IMG/VR virus record: IMGVR_UViG_3300037742_000092
Span: 1 to 32,682 of that record
Length of the DNA stretch: 32,682 bases
Origin: a virus
Taxonomy: Duplodnaviria; Caudoviricetes
Direction: 5' to 3' (one strand)
Translations under genes and position numbers: made by a program
Notes under the pieces: model-generated
Seen by the model: only the letters and a program-made list of their open reading frames with translations
The model's database searches: none
Told to the model about the DNA's origin: nothing
Part shown: piece by piece, positions 25,630-32,682 of the stretch
Position numbering within the stretch: the stretch's first letter is position 1
Layout of the letters: each line of letters opens with the position of its first letter

Positions 25630-26387
25630 CGAAGCACCACCTCCCAGAACGCTTTGTCTCTTGTCGATATAAACTCCCTAAGCCGTTCTTGTGACCAACC
25701 TGCATAGTAACCTACGTTATCTAGGACAAGTTCGCAACCACACAACTGAGCCTCGATCACTGACAGGGGTCCGGCATCAAAGATGTGAGACAACAATACG
25801 AAGTACTTCGCCTTTGTCATATCCTTAATTACCTCGTTACGGGGTGAGTTAGTATGCACGACCATTGGTACTTGATTCTCACCCACCCATTTTTTTGCCC
25901 TGTCCAACCCCTTGTGTGGTTCTGGTCGTGCTGCCCACACTGCTAGGTTCTCAGAGCCCTGCATGTGCAAGGGTGGAAATACATCGACGTCCATCCACCC
26001 GGGATTATAGTATCCACTACCTAGGGGTAGATTCAGCCATTTCAATTCCTCATAAAGATGAGGAGGGGTTAAAGCGATAAACGCTCGGCAACCCTCGAAT
26101 AGGTTCTTAGCGTGTGGAGCTTGTAATTGTTGAAACCCGTGAGCCCACACTACAGGATATGAGTACTTCAGCAGTATTTCAATATCCCGCTCATTCAGGA
26201 ACTCTGATCGTGTGACTACAATAGCATCGTAGTGCCTGATCGCCTTCGTAATGCCACCGGGTTTGATAATCGTTACTTCAGTATTCTTCGGTCGCCTCTC
26301 GATCATCCAGGTATCCGCCTGCTCCGCTCCACCAATTACTTGGTCCCCAAGGTGATGGTGACAAATCCATCCAACTTTTTGAGTCAT
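25626..26387 (-). CDS. Glycosyltransferase, compact GT-B fold
   Basis: IGGAEQ, WAARPEPHKGL and FDAGPLSVIEAQLCGC (variant EX7E). ATGA-coupled to the epimerase. Confidence 0.8.
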   Translation of the reverse strand: MTQKVGWICHHHLGDQVIGGAEQADTWMIERRPKNTEVTIIKPGGITKAIRHYDAIVVTRSEFLNERDIEILLKYSYPVVWAHGFQQLQAPHAKNLFEGCRAFIALTPPHLYEELKWLNLPLGSGYYNPGWMDVDVFPPLHMQGSENLAVWAARPEPHKGLDRAKKWVGENQVPMVVHTNSPRNEVIKDMTKAKYFVLLSHIFDAGPLSVIEAQLCGCELVLDNVGYYAGWSQERLREFISTRDKAFWEVVLR

Positions 26388-26595
26388 CTCCCCTCCTCTC
26401 CTTAACCTTCAACCAACGGTCATGTGTCCTAGCACAGGTCTCACTACAGTATCGGAATCGTTTTGTTTTTCCCCTAATCTCAAGGCGCCTTATTATTCCT
26501 ATCGTACACTCCTCAGCACATCTGGCGCACGGCCTCTTAGGGGGGCGGTGACCCTGATACAGGTGGGGTGAGTCACCCTGCACCAGGGCCACCAA
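26278..26595 (-). CDS. Small zinc-finger protein (CxxC...YCSxxC)
   Basis: CARC...YCSETC motif. Fills the gap between SSB and GT but overlaps the GT by 110 nt and has no clear SD. Confidence 0.45.
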   Translation of the reverse strand: MVALVQGDSPHLYQGHRPPKRPCARCAEECTIGIIRRLEIRGKTKRFRYCSETCARTHDRWLKVKERRGDDSKSWMDLSPSPWGPSNWWSGAGGYLDDREATEEY

Positions 26596-26601
26596 GCCTA
26601 G

Positions 26602-27237
26602 TTAAAGCTCGTCGATGTCGAGGTCTTCAAGTTCATCGTCCTCTTCATCTTCGTCTTCTTCATCCTCTTCATCTTCGTCTTCTTCGTCTTCCTCCTCATC
26701 CTCATCTTCGTCCTCATCAATGTCATCAAGGTCGGCATCTGCATCGGCCTCAATGTCTTCGAGCTCAGACTCGAGGAAGGTGTCAACGACAGTGGAGCTC
26801 TCACGCTCATTGCCCTCACTGTCTTCCCAAGGGTCGTCCTCGATAGAAATCCCAAGTGTCTTACCCTTACACTTTCGCAGGTCGACCTTGGCCTTCTTGG
26901 TAGGCACCTTGATACCCATGGCTTCGAGGGTGTTACGGAAACGCCACATCGAGTCCTCTGTCAGCCAGCAAGAATCGCTGATCGACTTACCCTTGTACTT
27001 ACCGTCAAGGAACTTGTAAGTGAACTCGACACCAGGCGTCTTCTTCTTCGGTGACTTGACCCTCAGCGCCTTAACACACTCGACGTAGTAGTCACCTTCC
27101 TCGAAGTGATACTGCTTCCGACGCTTACCCTCCCGGGATTCAGTGTCAGAAAAATCAGCGATGACTACATCCTTACTCCCCTTGCTTGGGGCCTTGGTCT
27201 TGGTGCGTGTAGCCTTCTTCTTTTTCTTAGTAGCCAT
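26602..27237 (-). CDS. Single-stranded DNA-binding protein (DUF669-like OB fold) with long acidic tail
   Basis: EEGDYYVECVKA, FTYKFLDGKYKG and MWRFRNTLEAMG. C-terminal ~50 aa D/E. Directly after the Sak4-like ATPase. Confidence 0.78.
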   Translation of the reverse strand: MATKKKKKATRTKTKAPSKGSKDVVIADFSDTESREGKRRKQYHFEEGDYYVECVKALRVKSPKKKTPGVEFTYKFLDGKYKGKSISDSCWLTEDSMWRFRNTLEAMGIKVPTKKAKVDLRKCKGKTLGISIEDDPWEDSEGNERESSTVVDTFLESELEDIEADADADLDDIDEDEDEDEEEDEEDEDEEDEEDEDEEDDELEDLDIDEL

Positions 27238-27245
27238 TATACTCC

Positions 27246-28082
27246 TTACAGGTTACGGTTGATTATGTCAAGCATCTTCGGAATCGTAGGGTTCCTCATA
27301 ATTCGGGGAAGCCCATGATCCTCGATATTCACCTTGGATTGGTAAATATCGTGATTCGCCAAGAGCAATCTGAACTCGGTCTTAGGCCTCGATTTACCGG
27401 TCTTCTTGTTCTCGACTACAACTTCCCTGGTATAGATTCTACCTATCACATTGACGCTAGCGGTGAGCTCTTCCCTAGCGGCACGTGACAATGCGGGAAT
27501 CACCTCGGGCATACCATCTGTATCATCGTCGTCGAAATTATCCCTCCTCTCTTGGGCTAGAAATACAACATGCATATCCAGGTTACGGAACTTCTTAATC
27601 TCAGTCTTCATGAGTTCAGTAACCTTGAACCAATGTTTCTGGATAGGAAGCTTCGGGTCAAGTGTTGGGTCTCGAGAGGCGAGGTCACCCAATACGAACT
27701 TCATAGCCATCGACGCAAGGCCTGAAACCGTGTCAATGACCACAGTCTCCCTATCGTGATTACCGGCCTTGAGCCACCAATACGCAAGATCAATATCCTC
27801 CCACGTAGTTACTCGGAATTTCTTGGCGCCCTTGACCCTACGAGCACTAGGCGTACCCCTCTCATCACAGTCAATGATGATCGGCTTAGGCCCTGTGGCC
27901 CCGAACTTAGTTTTACCTCGACCATTTCTACCGTACACAAGAATCTTCAGGTAGTCTAGGTTTTCACCAATATCGCTGACGTGCGTCTCAGCCTCCTTTA
28001 CTTTCTCAGCGATGCTCTTCTTTTTCTTTGAGCCCTTCTTACCCTTAGTACCCTTACGCTTCCTCTTCGTCGGTTGTGCCAC
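27246..28082 (-). CDS. AAA_24 / Sak4-like ATPase (phage recombinase)
   Basis: Walker A YGRNGRGKT, Walker B TVVIDT and HVVFLAQE. Start moved to GTG 28082 after GAGGAGG. Confidence 0.87.
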   Translation of the reverse strand: MAQPTKRKRKGTKGKKGSKKKKSIAEKVKEAETHVSDIGENLDYLKILVYGRNGRGKTKFGATGPKPIIIDCDERGTPSARRVKGAKKFRVTTWEDIDLAYWWLKAGNHDRETVVIDTVSGLASMAMKFVLGDLASRDPTLDPKLPIQKHWFKVTELMKTEIKKFRNLDMHVVFLAQERRDNFDDDDTDGMPEVIPALSRAAREELTASVNVIGRIYTREVVVENKKTGKSRPKTEFRLLLANHDIYQSKVNIEDHGLPRIMRNPTIPKMLDIINRNL

Positions 28083-29025
28083 CGTACCTCCTCTCTCGTG
28101 GCTTGTATTGTGTCCGCTCGATAAACCCTGAGTCCGCCTTTTGTAAGTCAGCAATACACAAGGGCTGGAACTGACACCAGTCACAATGTTTACCTAACGA
28201 CCTTACTGGTTTGAACCCCCTTTCAATCTCGTCTGCTATGTAGATGAGTTCCTTCACCAAAGTTGTTACGACGGGTCGAACTACCGGTACATAATCACGT
28301 CGGTAAAACGGGTTGTGCTCTTTCAGCTCAAGAATCTTGTCCTTATAGTCATACGGATCAAGACCGTACTCCTTGATCGCCTTAACATAGGTATGAAGAT
28401 CAGTGTTGACCTTCTTCGCATACAATCGACTACCGTCTTTTACGACACGGGGTTTAGTGGGTGGCTTAGTAATGACATAATCCCATACAATCCCGATGGG
28501 CATCTCCCCGAAGTGTTTATAGGCGGCGAAGGCGTATCGAGCTGTCTGCGCATCGGTGAACTGTGCATTAGCGCTTGGGTATCGTCCTAATGTTTTATGG
28601 TCCATGATCCACAGACCTAGCTCGTCACGAAACACAACATCTAGAGTAGCTTGATAGGTGTGGCCGTGGATGATCGGAATCTCGAGTACGAGCTCAGTAG
28701 CGATTACGTCTAGGTTCCTATCAGTATTGAAATACATCCACTCATAGGTGTCCATCATACGCTCACACTCAGCGGGTAATTCTGCCAGGGCTTCATATTC
28801 CTCGGCAGTGAGTTCATCCTCGAACTCCTTACAAAGCTTCTTATGAACCTTGCCCCAGTCCTTACCGATGAAGTAGGCCTCGAAGAGTTTATGCATCCAA
28901 CTACCTCGAGCGAGGGGTAGCACCTTCGATTTTGCCTCGAGATTCTTGACACGGGCATAATAGAACTTGCGGCGACAGTCAGTGAACAGCTTCGCCTCTG
29001 AGTTCGATATGCCTATGCCGCCCAT
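28054..29025 (-). CDS. Cas4/RecB-like PD-(D/E)xK exonuclease
   Basis: SNSEAKLFTDCRRKFYY, RGSWMH, TLDVV...IMDHKT, and C-terminal CDWCQFQPLC (Fe-S ligands). Confidence 0.9.
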   Translation of the reverse strand: MGGIGISNSEAKLFTDCRRKFYYARVKNLEAKSKVLPLARGSWMHKLFEAYFIGKDWGKVHKKLCKEFEDELTAEEYEALAELPAECERMMDTYEWMYFNTDRNLDVIATELVLEIPIIHGHTYQATLDVVFRDELGLWIMDHKTLGRYPSANAQFTDAQTARYAFAAYKHFGEMPIGIVWDYVITKPPTKPRVVKDGSRLYAKKVNTDLHTYVKAIKEYGLDPYDYKDKILELKEHNPFYRRDYVPVVRPVVTTLVKELIYIADEIERGFKPVRSLGKHCDWCQFQPLCIADLQKADSGFIERTQYKPRERRYGGTTDEEEA

Positions 29026-31478
29026 TCTTCACCCTCCCCCCAGTGTTGTCCAACCGTGACATCTGCAATAATCGGTACGTTAAGCGTTGCACCGAACTTC
29101 TTCTTGATAGGCAGGTTCTCCATAGTGTGCTTAATGACAGGCGCCCATTTATCAATGCAGTCTTCACGGATTTCCATCAACCCTGAGTCATGCACTGAAC
29201 CTACTAGGAAACCTTCGTCCTCAGGAATCATCTCATCAATGATCGTAAGACCGAGCAACATCATATCAGAAGCCAGGCCTTGTACTGGGGAGTTGATCGC
29301 CTGACGTTCGGCCTCAGCTACTACGTCCTTGTCAGGGCTGTGGATATCGGGCAGGTGTCGAGTGCGACCGATGATTGAATGAACCTCCCCATACAGATTG
29401 ACAAGTCGCTTCTGTCGTTTATGCCACGGAAGCAATCCAGCATATTCATCGAAGTATCGTTTACGAACAGCCTTGGCCTCGGCGGGCGAAACGATTACTT
29501 CATAGTTCTCGAGGGCATACATGATGAACTTATTCCAACCCATCCCATACAGGAAACCGAAGTTCACGGCTTTTGCTTTTTTTCTTTCTTCTTTAGTGAT
29601 AGTGTCAGGATGCTTGCCTGTAATTGCGGCAGCCGTTGAAAGATGTATGTCTCGACCCTCTTGAAAGTATCGGAGCATCGTTGGCTCTCGACTGAGATGT
29701 GCAGCGATTCTAAGTTCGATCTGGCTAAAGTCAAACTCAAGGAATCGCCAACCTGGAGGTGCTCCCAACACTGATCTAATAAGAGTATCACGGGGTACCT
29801 GTTGAATTCCGATGGCTTGCCGATGCCCTTCCGTGTCCTTGCCAGAACTAAGTCGTCCTGTGACTGTTCCGAAGAGCTTGTAGTTAGGGTGTACTCTTCC
29901 GTGCTCATCCTGTACCTCCGACCATCTGACGAGATAGGTGTTCAGGTCCTTAGCGTGCTTACGATACTTGAGTATCTTTCGAGGTAGTTCATGTTTGCTG
30001 GCCAGATGTAATAGCACTGACTCCTTAGTCGATGCATTACCTGTGGCAGTTAGTTCTATCAATGGCAGGCCCAGACGTTTGAATAGAACTTCACCCACCT
30101 GTTGATACGAGTTCCAGTTGGTCTCCACACCTGCTATGGAATTCATATCATCAACCATCTCGTCAACGAGGTCACTGACCTGTACGATACGCTTCTCGAG
30201 ACGATCATTGTCAACCCACATACCACGCTCTTCGATCCTCGTGATCGTGCGTGAGGCGGGCATCATCAACTTTGCAAACACTCGGGCTGTACGACGTTCC
30301 TTCTTCAATTGGGCCTTAAACTTGTAGTACAACACGAGGGTGAACTCAGTATCCTTGGCATTGTAAAGTGCCAGTCGCTTCAGTGACTCATTGCGGTTGT
30401 CGGAGGTGTCGATACCGTATGCATCAGCACCCAGCAACATCGTTGCCAAAACTTCAAGTGCTTTGGCTCGGTTCTCGTCGAGCAGGTGTGCACTGAGAAT
30501 CGTATCGAAGTCACAATGCAAGTTTAGGTTAGTGAAGAACCTTAGCCATCGATCATCGAATTTTCCGTTATGTGCAACCATCTTACACTTGGAAAACATC
30601 ATGGCCGTAATGACCATCTTCAATAACTTGTACCCCAGCTTACGACCCCAAGGCGCCTGTGGATGATCGACCGGTAGGACATACGCTACGCCGGGTTCAG
30701 TGGAGAAGCTGACTGTACAAATTCCTACGCCAGGTTTCCACTCATCGAATCCACCATACGTCTCAATGTCGTAGGCTACAGCTTCTGAGTCAAGGATAGC
30801 TCGGATGATTGCCTTGACTTGACGTTTGTTCTTGGCGAGCATTACACGTTTGGGGCCCTCGTTACCCTTCTCGCCTTTCAACAGTCGTGCGAATGCCTCG
30901 ATATCAGTCTCGAATAACTTCTTGTTTTTAGGGTTCCTCAACACAGCTGCTGGATGAATCGTAGGGAACACGATGCAGTCCCGTTGATTCATTTCTATAC
31001 CGTCTTCGCCTAACTCCCTGACGAAGTAGGAGAAATCAATAGGCTTCCCCCGCTTCTTCATGATGCCGCCCTTTTTGACTAACCTTAGGGCGTGATTACC
31101 GACTGTGAGAATATATTGAGGTTTAACAAATCCGAGTTCTCGCTCGAGATAGCCTCGACAAGCAGTTGCTTCACCTGCCTTTGGTTTGCGATTCTCCGGA
31201 GGTCGACATTTATTGACGTTAGTGATGAAGCAGCTTGTGGGCTGTATCCCAACGCTTTTAAGAGTTTCTCTAAGGTATTTTCCTGAAGCTCCACTGAAAG
31301 GTTCAGATATTTCATCCTCCCTGAATCCAGGTGCTTCACCAACAACCATCACCTCCGCAGGTACGGGACCGTTCCCGATCAAACAAACTGTCTGTGCTGT
31401 TTCATGCAGCGGGCACATCGTACAGTCTGGATTACGAATACGATCCCATAGTTTCTCAGCCTGTGGGGTTAAGGGCAT
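29013..31478 (-). CDS. polA: Family A DNA polymerase with N-terminal family-4 uracil-DNA glycosylase domain and 3'-5' exonuclease
   Basis: UDG: CTMCPL, GEAPGFRED, PFSGASG, TNVNKCRPPENR, HPAAVLR. Exonuclease: YDIET, HNGKFD, YNAKD. Polymerase: TGRLSS, DFSQIELR, KAVNFGFLYG, VHDS. Confidence 0.96.
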   Translation of the reverse strand: MPLTPQAEKLWDRIRNPDCTMCPLHETAQTVCLIGNGPVPAEVMVVGEAPGFREDEISEPFSGASGKYLRETLKSVGIQPTSCFITNVNKCRPPENRKPKAGEATACRGYLERELGFVKPQYILTVGNHALRLVKKGGIMKKRGKPIDFSYFVRELGEDGIEMNQRDCIVFPTIHPAAVLRNPKNKKLFETDIEAFARLLKGEKGNEGPKRVMLAKNKRQVKAIIRAILDSEAVAYDIETYGGFDEWKPGVGICTVSFSTEPGVAYVLPVDHPQAPWGRKLGYKLLKMVITAMMFSKCKMVAHNGKFDDRWLRFFTNLNLHCDFDTILSAHLLDENRAKALEVLATMLLGADAYGIDTSDNRNESLKRLALYNAKDTEFTLVLYYKFKAQLKKERRTARVFAKLMMPASRTITRIEERGMWVDNDRLEKRIVQVSDLVDEMVDDMNSIAGVETNWNSYQQVGEVLFKRLGLPLIELTATGNASTKESVLLHLASKHELPRKILKYRKHAKDLNTYLVRWSEVQDEHGRVHPNYKLFGTVTGRLSSGKDTEGHRQAIGIQQVPRDTLIRSVLGAPPGWRFLEFDFSQIELRIAAHLSREPTMLRYFQEGRDIHLSTAAAITGKHPDTITKEERKKAKAVNFGFLYGMGWNKFIMYALENYEVIVSPAEAKAVRKRYFDEYAGLLPWHKRQKRLVNLYGEVHSIIGRTRHLPDIHSPDKDVVAEAERQAINSPVQGLASDMMLLGLTIIDEMIPEDEGFLVGSVHDSGLMEIREDCIDKWAPVIKHTMENLPIKKKFGATLNVPIIADVTVGQHWGEGEEWAA

Positions 31479-31996
31479 CAGCAGCTCTCCTCATGCCACA
31501 CAAGCACGTTTGCTTCACGAAGCAGCTCAATTGAGGACTCATCACCGTACTTCTCGCAGTAATGTATAGCGGAGACCCCAGCGTTAATTAGAAGCTTGCA
31601 GCACGTATAACAAGGTTGATGTGTACAATACAGCTCAGAGGTCAACAGGGACGTTCCTGTGCGTGCTGACCAGGCTATAAGATTTGCTTCGGCATGCACA
31701 GCACGAACACAGTGAACTTCCTCCTTATACTTGAACCGATCTGGTATATTCTGTGCGTCGGCCAGGTTCCTTATTACCGGTTGTAAGGCGTGACTCCTAA
31801 CCATCTGTATATCGCAGTCTACGTCTAGGCAATGTGGCATACCCTTCGGTGCACCATTGTACCCAGTCGCAATGATCCGACCCTCGAGCGTTGCAACCAC
31901 ACCAACCTTGGCCCGTTTGCAGGTTGATCGTTCACCTACAAGATGAGCAACCTCCATGAACAGGTTCTCTCGACTTATTCGTGGTTGCATTCCCAT
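31478..31996 (-). CDS. dCMP deaminase
   Basis: RSTCKRAKVG, TGYNGAPKG, HAEAN and PCYTC. Confidence 0.94.
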   Translation of the reverse strand: MGMQPRISRENLFMEVAHLVGERSTCKRAKVGVVATLEGRIIATGYNGAPKGMPHCLDVDCDIQMVRSHALQPVIRNLADAQNIPDRFKYKEEVHCVRAVHAEANLIAWSARTGTSLLTSELYCTHQPCYTCCKLLINAGVSAIHYCEKYGDESSIELLREANVLVWHEESC

Positions 31997-32682
31997 CAGA
32001 ACGCCCCCTTGACATCCTTGGCGTAAACATGAAGGCTGGAAATGTAGTGAGTGAAAGTGCCCACATTATAGCCAGTCTCCTCGGCGATATGGTGTTGGAG
32101 CATCGACGCTAGGGCAACGTCGTTCGGGAAGTGAGTGATGAAGTCACAGCTGCGCATCAGGTACGTCATGTGCAACTTCCTCTTCCGCTGTATTACGTGA
32201 TAGCCAAGGGTACAGGGTACACGTTGTCTACCTCTTCTGCGCTCATCAATCTCCCGCCACATAGGTATGAAAAGCTGTCGAGAATGTGGATGAACCTGCA
32301 GCTCATCAATAACCCGTTGAATATGCTTGCCCCCGATGCGCTGGGAGTACGTGTATGAGAATTTACCAGTTTTAGTTACGTTCTTCATTTGCTTTAAGTC
32401 ACGTTCGAGAAACTCTTCCCATACCTCCGGCCGTTCACGCCAAGCAATTCCGGGATTACGATCACCGATCAATCGTTCGATCCACTCCTGCTTTACAAAA
32501 TCCTCATGAACCCCCTCGATCAGTTGAAAGTCTGGGTTAGCTACTTGGTACATGTAGTTGTGGAGTTCCTTGGTAATGTAGTCGTCGTCGTCAGCTACCT
32601 CCTTGTCCTGCATAGTTTCTGGGTGAACTGTGAGACCCATTTCATTTAGGTCTCGCTAGATTTCGTTCTGAGCCTCCTCGAA
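31996..32682 (-). CDS. Thymidylate-synthase-family pyrimidine-modifying enzyme (dCMP hydroxymethylase-like); 5' end at the window edge, with an in-frame TAG at 32658-32656
   Basis: YTYSQRI, HSRQLFIPMW, catalytic VPCT, MRSCDFITHFPND and HYISSLHVY. Confidence 0.88.

Noticed and set aside
26568-27019. Poly-Ser and His/Leu/Arg ORFs, and the alternative-frame ORF 26598-26855
   Set aside because: Shadows of the acidic tail of the SSB gene.
28054-29025. Cas4-like gene as part of a CRISPR-Cas system
   Set aside because: There is no cas1/cas2 or array. Its context (Sak4-like ATPase, SSB, polymerase) is the standard phage recombination module.
31996-32640. Annotation as ordinary thyA
   Set aside because: Asp replaces the dUMP-specifying Asn and the LGLPFN motif is absent, so the symbol was withheld. 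True TS activity is not excluded.
1-32682. Genome-wide TAG reassignment, suggested by the amber in the TS-family gene
   Set aside because: Several well-defined genes (scaffold, tail tube, gpG, gpT, Dit) end at TAG followed directly by the next gene, and long genes are not fragmented.
1-32682. Prophage, gene transfer agent, tRNA or intron/intein signatures
   Set aside because: No integrase, att-like repeat, host genes, cloverleaf or interrupted polymerase was seen. Its own replication genes argue against a GTA. Lifestyle cannot be determined from this window.

Overview
A 32.7-kb segment of a tailed dsDNA (siphovirus-type) phage genome. The portal, scaffold and decoration proteins and the promoters look most like those of Actinomycetota-infecting phages; host assignment is inference. 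There are two convergent arms. The + strand (1-23743) is a morphogenesis/lysis operon: portal (5'-truncated), a ~6-kb insert of fibre/carbohydrate-active/peptidase genes, scaffold, decoration protein, major capsid protein, a GT-B glycosyltransferase, neck genes, tail tube, tail assembly chaperone with a -1 frameshift, tape measure, Dit, a large tail-tip protein and membrane (lysis-type) genes. The - strand (32682-23805) is a replication/nucleotide-metabolism operon: a thymidylate-synthase-family enzyme with the dCMP-type Asp, dCMP deaminase, family-4 UDG fused to a family A DNA polymerase, Cas4/RecB-like nuclease, Sak4-like ATPase, SSB, a second glycosyltransferase, an NDP-sugar epimerase, VRR-NUC and a histone-like polyampholyte. 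The arms meet at a bidirectional terminator (~23748-23790). No integrase, tRNA or CRISPR array was seen. Four candidates stand out: a sugar-modified-pyrimidine pathway, a repeat-templated head appendage carrying a glycoside hydrolase, virion glycosylation, and a set of Lys-tailed/acid-tract DNA proteins. All calls come from motif recognition by eye; no database searches were run.
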